The position numbers and the translations under genes were made by a program. DNA of 50,732 bases from Escherichia phage atuna. Positions 19,868 to 29,858 of the stretch are shown piece by piece; position 1 is the stretch's first letter, and each line of letters opens with the position of its first letter. Below the pieces are notes generated by a model, which did no database searches, was not told the origin of the DNA, and saw only the letters and a program-made list of their open reading frames with translations. Location: sequence record NC_049819.1. One strand, 5' to 3'.

Positions 19868-20224
19868 TTACTGCATTGATGTAAATTGCTCCGTAAAAGT
19901 GGCTTTTACTTCCTGAACGGTTGGCGACAGTGGAGTAAGGCCGACGCTGCCGCTTTTCACCCTGAACAATCCAGGGCTTCCATCAGGCATGATCCACAAG
20001 AAAGGTTTTAGCCTGTGCTCATTCAGGAAATTGACAACATCTCTGTAGTCAAGCCCAACGTAAACAATGCTAAACTCTCGCCGGATTGTGTTAAAACCTC
20101 CAGATGCTACCTGTGTGTATCCGTTACCGAATGCAATCTCTCGATCGTTATTCGATGACGTCATGGCCCCGCCGCCATTCTGAACCTGCGTACACCACTT
20201 AAACTGATCCAGCTTCATTATCAA
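19868..20224 (-). CDS. Minor tail protein (lambda M-like)
   Basis: 118 aa, start overlaps tape-measure stop (ATGA). Confidence 0.55.
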   Translation of the reverse strand: MIMKLDQFKWCTQVQNGGGAMTSSNNDREIAFGNGYTQVASGGFNTIRREFSIVYVGLDYRDVVNFLNEHRLKPFLWIMPDGSPGLFRVKSGSVGLTPLSPTVQEVKATFTEQFTSMQ

Positions 20225-22902
20225 CCTCGCTTGCTCATAACAAATTCGTAAACCTCTCCGCCCTGCATACAGGAACGTTTAATCATATCAGTAAAGATCA
20301 TCTTAACGCCAGTTTCGATGCCCTTCGGATCGCTGCCGTTATTGATGCTAACATCAATCCCACCAATGTTAAATTGAGGTGCTCCACCAGTGACAGCGCC
20401 ACCGCCAGTATATCCGGAACTACCAACCGCGCCGCCGTTAGCATAGCCTCGCATCATGCGGTACAAGTTGCCTACCCCGATACGCTGCGTCGCCTCCTTC
20501 GTCATGACAAATTCACCTTTATGGACAATTCCGGCTGGCTCATACTTCCCGCCGTCGCCAGTGTATCCACCGCCAGCAAATCCGCCAATGTTCTTAAGCA
20601 AGCTCCCCATCGTCCAGGTTTGACCACCCATCAGGCCAGATAACGCATTAAAGACAACCATTTTCGTGATCATCTGAATAATCATTTTGATGATAGCCGT
20701 CGAGAAGTCTTTAAAGTTTGCCTTGCCAGTAGCGATAAAATTCGCTAATTGGTTTGTAAGGCCGTTTAACGCCTCGCTTGCGATCTGCTGAACATTGCCA
20801 TAGGCATTGTTTGCATCTTCCGCGAATAGCTCCCATGCGTTTTTTGCTCCTGCCAACCAGTTGCCTTGAACCTCATCCTGTGTCTGATAATACTGCTTAA
20901 GTTTCGCCTCCATTTGCTGAAAAACTTCATCGCTAACGCTTCCTCCTTGCGCCTCGTAGTCGGTGCGCAGCTTGCGTAACTCTAGCTCACGCTCGATCTG
21001 CTTTTCAGTGTAGCCAAGTTGCTTAAGGCCAAGCACATCAATAGCCGCCTGCGTTTCACGGATAAACTTAATGCTATCTTGCTCCAGCTTGTTTTTGCGC
21101 TCCTGCAAAACAATCTGATCCCCTAATTCAGCCTTTTGCCTTGCCATTTCAAGAACGGCTTTTTGCTCGTTTAGTAGCGCCTGTTCCGCTCCTGTCAATT
21201 TACGCTTGCTCTGCGCACCCTCCAGGATCTCGATCTGCTTTTCGATGCTCCATAAAGATTTACGCTGGCGAGAAATAACATCGTTAACAGTGCGATGCTC
21301 TTTAAGAGTTTCCAGTTGCGCTTTTAAAACGTACAACTCTTTATCAAGCTGCTCAGTAGGGCCGCGAACTATTCCACCTTTAGCCTCTTTCTTTTTCTGC
21401 TCCTGCTTCTTGATCTCCTCAAGCTCTTTGCGTCTGAACTCCACGTTTTCAGCCGCGCGCTTTTTCAGTTCTTCATCAGCCGAACGCGCCACGCCCTTCT
21501 GATCTTCAATGGCTTTGTTTAAAGCCTCCTGTGCTGCTCTCACTCTGTTCAAGGCAAGGTTTTCTTTGTCGATTCGCTCCGCTCGTTCAGCCATGTCCTT
21601 ATTCGCATCTTTTACGACCTTTCCAATGTCTTCATAAGTGTTAAGTGCAAACTTAAGCATAGGATTAACATAGCCAAGCTCTTTACCTAACAGGCCGCCG
21701 GACGGGGAAGCGTAATCACGCTTCGCTTTCAAAACTTCATACCACGAGTCGCCCAACTCAAGGACTTTGTTTTTGTGGTTTGCAATTTCGTTATTCAAGC
21801 TGACAAAGCTAGACGCGCCTTTGTACTCGTTGACTTTCTTTTTTGCATCATCATAAGTCATGCCAACGTCAACCAGTTTTTTAATCGCCTCGCTCGCGCC
21901 GTCTTTCGTGGTGATGTAAGCCTTTGCCAGATCTTCTGCGCTTTCGCCTGTCTTGTCGGAAAGCTCCTGGATTCCGGTAGCAATCTTTTCGGCAAAATCA
22001 CCAGTCAAGCCAGTTGTTTCCTGAACGGTTTTTTTAATTGCCTCAAACTCTGTCTGTGTTTTGTAGGCATTATATGCAGCAATTGCCAGCGTGCCGGAAA
22101 GCAAGCCAAAAGCCACGTTTACCGGATTCAGGAAAGATAGCAACGCTTTTAAAGCATTGGATGCGCCACCAAAAGAATCCTTAATCTGTCCGCCCTGCTG
22201 GATTGCGACCAGCCAAACAGGCATACCAGAAGCAAGTGAAGTCACCACGTCTGTGATCTGCATTGGCAATAGCTTCATTGCTTGATTGTATTGGCCTGTA
22301 GAAATCCCAAGTTTTTGAATCTGCTTTTCCTGCTCTTTCAGTCTTGCGATGTAAGGTGCTGCCTCCTGGCTAACTCCAAGCTGTGCCGCTTTCATTTCCA
22401 GTAATTCAGACTTGCTTTTTCCGGCTGCTTCTTCCTGCTCACGCAAAGCCTGGATGAATTTTTTAGCCTCTTCCGCTGCACGCGCTTTGTTCTTTGATTC
22501 CTCAAGCGCCGCGCGGCCTTCCTCTGTCATCGCTTTTTTGGTTGCGATCAGCTTGTTTTGCTGTGTCTCAAGAATTGCCCCAAGCTCAAAAAAAGTCTCA
22601 TCAGGAACAATACCCTTTTTCCATAGCGCATCAAGCTGTGTCGCTGCCTTTCGCAGCTTATCCATCTTTGACGCGGTGGGATCAATTGACTCCTGGATTT
22701 TCTTAAATTCTGCTTTCTGGCGCGCCAATTCTTCGGCAAACTGTTTAGCTTGCTGTCGCGCCACAACCTCAGAATCAACAAATTCATTAACGCTTTTTTT
22801 TGCGTCGTCGTTTGCCTTCTTGAATTGCTGCAATGATTTAACAGCATTATTGACCTGCGACACGTCAACGCCTAGCGTTAGGCCAGCGTATTTCTCAGCC
22901 AT
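20221..22902 (-). CDS. Tail tape measure protein
   Basis: 893 aa, long coiled-coil Ala/Glu/Lys-rich N-terminal two thirds, Gly-rich C-terminus; position. Confidence 0.8.
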   Translation of the reverse strand: MAEKYAGLTLGVDVSQVNNAVKSLQQFKKANDDAKKSVNEFVDSEVVARQQAKQFAEELARQKAEFKKIQESIDPTASKMDKLRKAATQLDALWKKGIVPDETFFELGAILETQQNKLIATKKAMTEEGRAALEESKNKARAAEEAKKFIQALREQEEAAGKSKSELLEMKAAQLGVSQEAAPYIARLKEQEKQIQKLGISTGQYNQAMKLLPMQITDVVTSLASGMPVWLVAIQQGGQIKDSFGGASNALKALLSFLNPVNVAFGLLSGTLAIAAYNAYKTQTEFEAIKKTVQETTGLTGDFAEKIATGIQELSDKTGESAEDLAKAYITTKDGASEAIKKLVDVGMTYDDAKKKVNEYKGASSFVSLNNEIANHKNKVLELGDSWYEVLKAKRDYASPSGGLLGKELGYVNPMLKFALNTYEDIGKVVKDANKDMAERAERIDKENLALNRVRAAQEALNKAIEDQKGVARSADEELKKRAAENVEFRRKELEEIKKQEQKKKEAKGGIVRGPTEQLDKELYVLKAQLETLKEHRTVNDVISRQRKSLWSIEKQIEILEGAQSKRKLTGAEQALLNEQKAVLEMARQKAELGDQIVLQERKNKLEQDSIKFIRETQAAIDVLGLKQLGYTEKQIERELELRKLRTDYEAQGGSVSDEVFQQMEAKLKQYYQTQDEVQGNWLAGAKNAWELFAEDANNAYGNVQQIASEALNGLTNQLANFIATGKANFKDFSTAIIKMIIQMITKMVVFNALSGLMGGQTWTMGSLLKNIGGFAGGGYTGDGGKYEPAGIVHKGEFVMTKEATQRIGVGNLYRMMRGYANGGAVGSSGYTGGGAVTGGAPQFNIGGIDVSINNGSDPKGIETGVKMIFTDMIKRSCMQGGEVYEFVMSKRG

Positions 22903-22941
22903 TTTAAAACCTCCAGATATTAAAAAAGCGCCTTGCGGCGC

Positions 22942-23268
22942 TTATGTTTTGTTTGAATGAATCATTTCTAGCGCCTTTTGTTCCATGATGCGCAAATCAT
23001 TTAGCGCCATCTCCCGATCCTCAATCTTGTAAATGTCAAAAAGCATAGGCAAAACGTTATAGTCGAACCCATACACACTGCCGCTAGTCGATCTCCATTG
23101 CGTCTGCATAGCGCAAAACAGATCCCAAGATTGAAACATTGATTCATCAAAAATTACCTCCGGCGGCTCCTCCCCTTCGTAGTCTGAACGGGATAGGCCG
23201 ACGGCCTCTAATTGTGCGTCAGTTGGCGGCTTGAGGTAAAACAGGTAAACCGCCCGCTTTAGTTTTTT
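22942..23268 (-). CDS. Tail assembly chaperone, -1 frameshift extension (T-like part of G-T fusion)
   Basis: Frame open from slippery A_AAA_AAC (23268-23262) to stop at 22942 in the -1 frame relative to G gene; no SD/ATG of its own at the 5' end. Confidence 0.5.
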   Translation of the reverse strand, partial: KKLKRAVYLFYLKPPTDAQLEAVGLSRSDYEGEEPPEVIFDESMFQSWDLFCAMQTQWRSTSGSVYGFDYNVLPMLFDIYKIEDREMALNDLRIMEQKALEMIHSNKT

Positions 23269-23576
23269 ACCCGCTGCCCCGCAAGTGCTTTCATATAATG
23301 ACCAGTCAGCGATAATGACGCAGAAGGGTAATAATCCAGCAATTTAGCAACGTTTTCCTCGTTAAATTCATCTTCCAGATCCCAACCGGAAGCAAGGAAG
23401 GTGATCATTTCTACGTCGCTCATCGGCTTTTCTGCCGTGTATCGTTCGTGAATCTCGCTTGCCTTCTTGTGGCGCACGGTAAAAACAATAACTTGCTCAT
23501 CACCATTTGGAAGCACAAAAGAAACAGGCAGCTTAAAATCAGGCAGTGGCCCTAACGTTAGCTTCATCTTTGCCAT
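23259..23576 (-). CDS. Tail assembly chaperone (lambda G-like)
   Basis: 105 aa, acidic; directly upstream of tape measure; ends 2 codons after slippery heptamer. Confidence 0.55.
   Translation of the reverse strand: MAKMKLTLGPLPDFKLPVSFVLPNGDEQVIVFTVRHKKASEIHERYTAEKPMSDVEMITFLASGWDLEDEFNEENVAKLLDYYPSASLSLTGHYMKALAGQRVKN
23262..23268 (-). other. Programmed -1 ribosomal frameshift slippery heptamer A_AAA_AAC
   Basis: Heptamer in G frame as gtA AAA AAC immediately before stop; -1 frame continues open into downstream ORF. Confidence 0.55.
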
Positions 23577-23590
23577 CTCAAGATCTCCTT

Positions 23591-23609
23591 ATAGCACTTT
23601 TTGTTAAAA
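23591..23609 (+). promoter_or_regulatory. Conserved motif copy (ATAGCACTTTTTGTTAAAA), inverted relative to flanking minus-strand late genes; abuts SD of G-like gene
   Basis: Exact 19/20 match; plus-strand reading is followed 35-40 nt later by bidirectional hairpin aaggggcgcaacgcccctt + gtttt. Confidence 0.5.
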
Positions 23610-23675
23610 GTGGAATTGATTTATTTGATAGATTGATTTTACAGGAATGAAAAAAGGGGCGCAACGCCCCTTGTT

Positions 23676-24338
23676 TTAATTGATGTCGGAAGATAAGAAC
23701 GTAAATCTACCTTTCAGAGATACGGAAAGGGAAACAGTTTCCATTTCGTTCATAGTGGTTTGCGGAATGTCATTAAAGGACAATACGCCAGCCCAGCAAC
23801 GCATCTCTTTAGCTTTCGGAACATACATACGTAAAGCGGTTACGTCGCCGGATTCCTCAGCCTCGCGTAAGATCGGATAAATCGGATTATCATATTCATG
23901 CGCGAAAGTGTAGGTAAGAGAAACCGCGCTCTTGTAGGTCGGTAACTGCTGCTCCTGGTCATCAGCCAAACACTGATAAGTGTAATACTGTTGCTCGCCT
24001 CCGTCCTGCGCAAGATCCTGTACGCAAGGAATCTCTACCCATGATTTTACTTCTCGGAAGGTTGCTGTATTAGAACCAGCCGGAAACACGTTCTGATCGG
24101 TTGTGTCTACACCTTCAAGGGTAACACTTTCATTGTCGGTAACGGCCTTAACGCGCAACACGCGGCTAACCAACTTACCCCACGAAGACGTTTCAATCAG
24201 AACATAAGCACCCTTCTTGATATTTTTTGTGTCGGTCGCTGTAAATACAGGCTCATTAGCGTTAGTGATAGCCGTAGCCTGAATCGGATCGCCCATATTA
24301 ACGCCGATGAAAATTTGAGAACCATTAGGCAAGTGCAT
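23676..24338 (-). CDS. Major tail protein
   Basis: 220 aa, position upstream of G/T chaperones. Confidence 0.6.
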   Translation of the reverse strand: MHLPNGSQIFIGVNMGDPIQATAITNANEPVFTATDTKNIKKGAYVLIETSSWGKLVSRVLRVKAVTDNESVTLEGVDTTDQNVFPAGSNTATFREVKSWVEIPCVQDLAQDGGEQQYYTYQCLADDQEQQLPTYKSAVSLTYTFAHEYDNPIYPILREAEESGDVTALRMYVPKAKEMRCWAGVLSFNDIPQTTMNEMETVSLSVSLKGRFTFLSSDIN

Positions 24339-24340
24339 GA

Positions 24341-24742
24341 TTATTCCTCCTTTGTATCAAGCCTAACACTGAAACGGATCGGCAAGAACCAACCTGTTTC
24401 ACTTTTTAGTAATGTGTGGACGTTTGCCCCCTCGCTAATATAGCCAGTTTCAATCATTCTACCATCATAGAAAAATCTCGCAATCTCTTTAGCCAGCAAA
24501 CGCGCTTTATCAGTGCCACCGCCAGGAGGAATGACAATCCCAACCTGAACCAAACCGATATAAGAAACACATTTTCTATCAAGAGATATGCGATCCGTGT
24601 CTGCTTCCATGTAGTTAAATTTTAACCACATAGAACCATCTCCAGGCGGCACAAAATCAACGTTTTCATAGGCTATCTTAAATCGTGATTCATATTCAGC
24701 CGCCAGCGCCTTTCTTGCCGCCAACATTAAATCATAGTGCAT
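24341..24742 (-). CDS. Tail completion / tail terminator protein (positional)
   Basis: 133-aa ORF between neck genes and major tail gene. Confidence 0.35.
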   Translation of the reverse strand: MHYDLMLAARKALAAEYESRFKIAYENVDFVPPGDGSMWLKFNYMEADTDRISLDRKCVSYIGLVQVGIVIPPGGGTDKARLLAKEIARFFYDGRMIETGYISEGANVHTLLKSETGWFLPIRFSVRLDTKEE

Positions 24743-25184
24743 TTTTTGCCCTCGAATCCTTTATTGCCTTAGCCATATAAGATCGCAGCTTTACCGCCAC
24801 GATTCCAAGTACGCCGGACGGCGCTTGTTTTGAATGACCGTATTCAAGCGCGTTGGCGTAAATGAGCATGTTTGAAAAATAGATTGACCGCACCGCGCCA
24901 CCGCCACGCATGATTGCATATATTGCTCGCTTACCTTCTGCAATGGTTTTACCACCATCGCGATCGTATTGGTTGAGCGCATATAGCGGCGGCTTGTTTG
25001 CTGTTATCTGCCAGTTGGCTTTATATCGGCCCGTATCAACTGGCGAGCGATTTACAAGATCCTCGTGGACGTTTGTCGCGAACATTTCAACGCAATCAAC
25101 AAGGCCGCTGCTTACTGAATCAATCCACCTGCTTATATCACCGTGAAATTCCCTGATCTTATAATTATCAGCCATGCACAGCAA
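24732..25184 (-). CDS. Neck / tail-attachment protein (positional)
   Basis: 150-aa ORF; start uncertain (Met1 or Met4). Confidence 0.35.
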   Translation of the reverse strand: MLCMADNYKIREFHGDISRWIDSVSSGLVDCVEMFATNVHEDLVNRSPVDTGRYKANWQITANKPPLYALNQYDRDGGKTIAEGKRAIYAIMRGGGAVRSIYFSNMLIYANALEYGHSKQAPSGVLGIVAVKLRSYMAKAIKDSRAKNAL

Positions 25185-25548
25185 TCCTCCTTAATATCGG
25201 ACGATAAGCCGCTGTGATGTTAGTCTGCCTGACTGGTCTTGCTTCAACGACAACATAACGTTCGCCATCAATTTCAATCTGATAACCATTTTTGATCTCA
25301 GTTTCATTGGTGAATATCCCCAACTTGTCGGTTACTCGGATTGTTTCACCGTCAACCTCTCTAGTCCTCGGAGATCTAACAAGCCCCTTTATCATCACTG
25401 AAATCTCCGGCTTGGTAACTTCCTCTCCGCCGATAATCTCAACTCCGCCCTGCTGCGTGATGCACTTAAACATACCGTTAGCGTCGCTGAAAAAGTTAAT
25501 CCCAGCCGTAGCCATTCTTGCAATCTCATTGTAGTTCATCGGCAACAT
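25168..25548 (-). CDS. Head closure protein (positional)
   Basis: 126-aa ORF in head-tail joining cluster. Confidence 0.35.
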   Translation of the reverse strand: MLPMNYNEIARMATAGINFFSDANGMFKCITQQGGVEIIGGEEVTKPEISVMIKGLVRSPRTREVDGETIRVTDKLGIFTNETEIKNGYQIEIDGERYVVVEARPVRQTNITAAYRPILRRIAVHG

Positions 25549-25955
25549 CTCCGGCGCAATCCAGTTACAAGGCCAAAACCGCCACCGTGCTTACGGTTTA
25601 ACACTTCGTACATTTTTCCCCACGGCGTTTGTCGGATCTGCTTTCCGCTTGTATCGGAAGAGATTCGATCAAACGTCTGACTAAACTCACCAGTCAGAGT
25701 GAACGAGGCGACGCGGCGGGAATAGCTTTCTACGCTTTCACCTTCCTGTTTCATTGCCCCGTCTAAGGTCATAAGGTGAAGAGTGTAAAGCGCAACCGCT
25801 TTCGGGTATGAGTTTTTAAACCTCTTTTTGCAAACAAACTCTTTAGCAAGCTCAATCCATGCCACAATTAAATCGGGATCAACTTGTTGCATTGGCGGCG
25901 CTAACTTTACGATTTGCTGCATGATTTCAGCGTCTGTGTAAAATTCATCTACCAT
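25536..25955 (-). CDS. Head-tail connector / adaptor protein (positional)
   Basis: 139-aa ORF downstream of capsid gene. Confidence 0.4.
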   Translation of the reverse strand: MVDEFYTDAEIMQQIVKLAPPMQQVDPDLIVAWIELAKEFVCKKRFKNSYPKAVALYTLHLMTLDGAMKQEGESVESYSRRVASFTLTGEFSQTFDRISSDTSGKQIRQTPWGKMYEVLNRKHGGGFGLVTGLRRRCCR

Positions 25956-26001
25956 TTTGTTTTCTCCAGATGTGACAAAGGGCGCATAAGCGCCCCAATT
26001 A

Positions 26002-26316
26002 TTAATATTCGCCGCCGTCCTCTAGCTCTTTGCGGCTCTTGCCCTCGGTAGGATCTTTTTTGCGCTTCTTCTCCGCTTTCGCCTTGATTTGCTCGTTAAT
26101 TTCTGAATTGTCTTTAACTTCCACATCACCGCGAGCGATCAGGTATTCAACTGCGGAATCATTAATGCGATCGGATTCAATTTCAATTTCATCACCAGGA
26201 TGATAACGCTTACCGTCCATAATAATCATGCAAACGCCAGTTACTTTAAGTTTTAAAGTTTTGCTCATTTTGTGTACTCCATAAATAAAGAAAGGGGAAC
26301 CATTAAGGCTCCCCAT
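26002..26316 (-). CDS. Hypothetical structural protein (104 aa)
   Basis: ORF with basic C-terminus immediately downstream of capsid gene. Confidence 0.4.
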   Translation of the reverse strand: MGSLNGSPFFIYGVHKMSKTLKLKVTGVCMIIMDGKRYHPGDEIEIESDRINDSAVEYLIARGDVEVKDNSEINEQIKAKAEKKRKKDPTEGKSRKELEDGGEY

Positions 26317-26325
26317 GTTATCTAA

Positions 26326-27297
26326 TTAATCAGCTTTTTTCAAGCCAGTAATAAGCACCATCGTAAAAGGACGATAAATCGTAAGGCCAGTACACTTGGA
26401 AGTGCAAGGAACCTTGAAATGTAGGTCTTTTGGCTGCGCCGGAAGCATGTTAAACGCTTCTGGAATCTCAATGCTCATGTTCATTGGATCTTTTTCGTAA
26501 ACCAAGCAACCTTTCGTACCTTTGCCGTCAATATCCTCAAGCTCTGCGATAGAGTCGATAGTGATACCGCCGTTTTGCTTCTGGAAGTATTCCAGATAAC
26601 TTTCAGTGGTATTTTCCATTCGAACCGTCAGGACTTTGCGCATGGACGGCGGGATCAGGATGTTAGTCGCGCGGTGCTGGCCTTTTGTTACTTCCTCGAT
26701 CGTTTCGATTGCGGCCTCCAGTTCATCGCTTGCTACCTGCGGGAACTTGGTATTGCCGTCATTGCTCATCCAGCCTTTGGATGCAATTTTCGTAAGGTTA
26801 GGATGATCGAAAACGGAAACGATCTTATGAGGCTTGGAACCTTTGAACACCAGGAAGTTAATCAACTGATCATGCGCATTTTGCGCAGCGTTAGCCTTGC
26901 GAGTTGACAGGCTCTTGCCAGTTCGCTGACCTGCTTTAATCTCATCAATGGAGATCAGATAAGCGTTACCCAGGCGGAACACTTTGCCAAACTCAGAAGT
27001 CATCAACGCGTCCACAGTCGGCAGATCATCGGTGTAGTCGGCGATAATTTTCGCGTAGCCAACCTTATCAAAAGTCTGATATTCGAAAGTCTTGTCAGTA
27101 TCAGAAAGCTCGTTTGTTACAGGGAATACGCGAAGCGCGGAACCTGCCGGATACTCTTTCTCGTATGCGGTAGAGCGGATCTTGTGTAGCTCTTGAGCGG
27201 TCCAAATACCCATATCAGAAGCGTCGGTCTTAACACCCTGAATCTGCAAATGATTCGCTACAATCGTAGCATCTAGTTCATCATATTTTTTAGCCAT
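26326..27297 (-). CDS. Major capsid protein
   Basis: 323 aa; preceded by strong SD GGAGG; position after scaffold/decoration-like genes. Confidence 0.6.
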   Translation of the reverse strand: MAKKYDELDATIVANHLQIQGVKTDASDMGIWTAQELHKIRSTAYEKEYPAGSALRVFPVTNELSDTDKTFEYQTFDKVGYAKIIADYTDDLPTVDALMTSEFGKVFRLGNAYLISIDEIKAGQRTGKSLSTRKANAAQNAHDQLINFLVFKGSKPHKIVSVFDHPNLTKIASKGWMSNDGNTKFPQVASDELEAAIETIEEVTKGQHRATNILIPPSMRKVLTVRMENTTESYLEYFQKQNGGITIDSIAELEDIDGKGTKGCLVYEKDPMNMSIEIPEAFNMLPAQPKDLHFKVPCTSKCTGLTIYRPFTMVLITGLKKAD

Positions 27298-27343
27298 TTT
27301 GTTTCCTCCATAAAAAAGGCCGTTAAATGTAACGGCCTAGATG

Positions 27344-27361
27344 ATAGCACTTTTTGTTAAA
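27344..27361 (+). promoter_or_regulatory. Conserved motif copy inverted relative to capsid gene, with partial inverted partner at 27370-27386
   Basis: ATAGCACTTTTTGTTAAA then cgtgcaatg then tttttttATGCTATTAG; located between hairpin/T-run/SD of capsid gene and preceding stop. Confidence 0.45.
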
Positions 27362-27387
27362 CGTGCAATGTTTTTTTATGCTATTAG

Positions 27388-28170
27388 TTATTCGCCAGCG
27401 GTTTTCGTAAATACAATATCAAACTGGTCAGCAACTCCAGAACCATCATTAGCAGTCCAGTTGACGTTAACTCTACCTCCTACACCAGTAGGAACAACAA
27501 GACCTGTGCGGCTAACACTGGCAACACTTGGATCTTGTGGATTTGTAATTGTCCACTGACCAGTTTTGTCATCAGCCCAAGTTGGAACAACTGTTACCTT
27601 TAATTGAACGTTATTGATCGTCTCTGTTCCCTCTATGTATCCATTTTCAGCCTCAATGATCGCACCAGTGAGAAGATATTTTCTATGATAAAGCGGCGTT
27701 ATTCTGACTCCGACTATGTTTATTGTTTCATCAAACTTGTAGAAGTCACCAGTAAAAATCCAGCCATCGACGATTTCATCGCCATCACTCTTTGCTACAA
27801 AACCATCATTGTTAACATAAACAAGATCCCCATGCTCAGGGGGAGATTCAATTGTTTGAGTTACACACCATACAACACCTCTTGTCAAAATGTTGATGGC
27901 GTCTCCTTCCTTGTAGTCGGAATACCCGTCTTCCTCGTTAACTGTCGTTGTTATGTTGCTTCTTAGCGCAACACCCGCAACCACAGCACCACCCTCTTTG
28001 TGGTCAACAAATATGTTGTAGCCGTCGATTCTCTCCTTAAAGAAAACAACCTTACCAGCAATGATCGATTCAGAACCACAAACGCCAGTACCATCAATAT
28101 TGTAGCGAGTAGAATCAACCAAACAACCAGGGCAAGAAAGACCCATAACAGATGAATAATCTTTAGCCAT
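27388..28170 (-). CDS. Capsid-associated structural protein (decoration-like), paralog of 28221-28730
   Basis: N-terminal similarity to neighbour (MAK...S..YNIDG.GVC); position before capsid gene. Confidence 0.4.
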   Translation of the reverse strand: MAKDYSSVMGLSCPGCLVDSTRYNIDGTGVCGSESIIAGKVVFFKERIDGYNIFVDHKEGGAVVAGVALRSNITTTVNEEDGYSDYKEGDAINILTRGVVWCVTQTIESPPEHGDLVYVNNDGFVAKSDGDEIVDGWIFTGDFYKFDETINIVGVRITPLYHRKYLLTGAIIEAENGYIEGTETINNVQLKVTVVPTWADDKTGQWTITNPQDPSVASVSRTGLVVPTGVGGRVNVNWTANDGSGVADQFDIVFTKTAGE

Positions 28171-28220
28171 TTCATTTCTCCTTACATAATAAAAAAGGCG
28201 CTCAAGCGAGCGCCTTGATT

Positions 28221-28730
28221 TTAGCTTGGGAAGACCTGAACTTCAAACAAAGTCAACATATTATTGCCAGTTCCAAAAGTGGTTTTATCGCCAGTGTAAA
28301 CCCAGTTTGTATTGATAGCGCCAGCACTTTTCACCTTGCCAGAGTTTTCATCAATTTTTACAGGCTCACGATATTCTGGCTTTTTGCTTTTATCGGAATC
28401 ATCGCCAATCATCCAGACACGGCCCTCAGTCATAACGTTGATTCCGCCGCCAGCCTCATAAACCATTCGACCATTATCAGCCGTAGTTTGAAAGTGCGAA
28501 CGAACGCCAACGCCATAAGGAACATCACCACCACCAGAAATAGCGTCGATCAGCTTATTACCCATTGAGTCAACGCCTTTTAGCTTAACAGCCACGCCAA
28601 CCAGGATTGGGATGCCGTCTTCCTTGTCAAGAACGCAAGCGCCGTCGATGTTATATGCTGACGTGTCGGATACCTGACCAGGAAGCGCACGCGCCATAGT
28701 GTCAAAATAACTTGCTCCAATTTTAGCCAT
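28221..28730 (-). CDS. Capsid-associated structural protein (decoration-like), paralog of 27388-28170
   Basis: Shared N-terminal motif MAKIGASYFD...SAYNIDGACV with neighbour. Confidence 0.4.
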   Translation of the reverse strand: MAKIGASYFDTMARALPGQVSDTSAYNIDGACVLDKEDGIPILVGVAVKLKGVDSMGNKLIDAISGGGDVPYGVGVRSHFQTTADNGRMVYEAGGGINVMTEGRVWMIGDDSDKSKKPEYREPVKIDENSGKVKSAGAINTNWVYTGDKTTFGTGNNMLTLFEVQVFPS

Positions 28731-28742
28731 TTTAATTACTCC

Positions 28743-29858
28743 TTATTTCAGTTTCTCAAAACGAGCGTTAGGATTCAGCTTAGAACCTGCTTCATCCTGT
28801 TTTTCATTCGCGAAAGAGTCACCCTTAATGCTCTTACGCTGCGCCGCCATTTTATCAGAGTTTTTGGCGATGTCGAAAGCTGTTTCGATATAGGCATCAG
28901 TTTTATCGGAAACGTCATTGCCCATAACTTCTTTGATGTATGCAACCTTGATTGCTTTCGCATCCAGGCTGTCGCACTTGATGCCTAACTCTTTAGCGTC
29001 TGCCACTAATTGAGCATATTGCTCGGCATCTTCTTTGGCCTTCTTGACTGCGGCATCAATCTGATCCTGAATGCCATCTACTTTGGTTTGCAGCGCATCG
29101 CGCTCAGCTTCCAGGCCATCCGCCTTTTCTTTCTGTGCTTTGGCATCAGCTTTAAGCGTTTCAATGTGATCCGCAACTGCTTTCGGCACATCAAATTCTA
29201 CAGCGCCATCCAGTTTAATTTTTACAGTCATGATTTGATCCTCTTTGTTGTTAATAACGTCGTCACTATACGGAAAATCTTGCTGGCTATCAAGGTTTAA
29301 TTTTGCAATACCGGCTCGACCTCGGAAAACTAAAGCGATGTGGTTTACCTTGATTTCAGTCTGGATTGCATCAAACTTAACCCAATCAGGAGAGTCAGGT
29401 TTCCAGTCTTCGCTAACATCCTCATCGAAAACGTACTCACCAGTTTTATTATTGCCCCAGCCTGGTTTATCAATATCAACCGATGTGTAACCAACTGAAA
29501 TTTCCGCCGTGTCTCTCTTCTTCGCGCTTTCGATTGCTCGTTTTGAGTAAATGCTTAACGGAACCTCTACGCCGATCCCGTTCGGCACACCAGCGCCAGC
29601 ACAAGAACCAACCACAACCTTTTCTGCGTTTTCTGGCGTTACCGTGACGTGACCAACCGTGACTGGCTTCCCTGCGAAGGTGGCGAGTGAGTCGGCCTTG
29701 AATACTTCGGACGCCGGACGAAATTCTCTGCGCTCACCGAAAGGAGTCTGATAGACTTGTAAACCAATTCGCGCCACGATAGGGCGATCAACTAAAAAAC
29801 CGTTATCATCAAAGTGCGCCTTTACTTTGGCGCTATCAAATCTTTGTTTTGCCTTCAT
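28743..29858 (-). CDS. Scaffolding protein, possibly fused to prohead protease
   Basis: 371 aa with long coiled-coil (KADAKAQKEKADGLEAERDALQTKVDGIQDQIDAAVKKAKEDAEQ); position between head-morphogenesis and capsid genes. Confidence 0.45.
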   Translation of the reverse strand: MKAKQRFDSAKVKAHFDDNGFLVDRPIVARIGLQVYQTPFGERREFRPASEVFKADSLATFAGKPVTVGHVTVTPENAEKVVVGSCAGAGVPNGIGVEVPLSIYSKRAIESAKKRDTAEISVGYTSVDIDKPGWGNNKTGEYVFDEDVSEDWKPDSPDWVKFDAIQTEIKVNHIALVFRGRAGIAKLNLDSQQDFPYSDDVINNKEDQIMTVKIKLDGAVEFDVPKAVADHIETLKADAKAQKEKADGLEAERDALQTKVDGIQDQIDAAVKKAKEDAEQYAQLVADAKELGIKCDSLDAKAIKVAYIKEVMGNDVSDKTDAYIETAFDIAKNSDKMAAQRKSIKGDSFANEKQDEAGSKLNPNARFEKLK

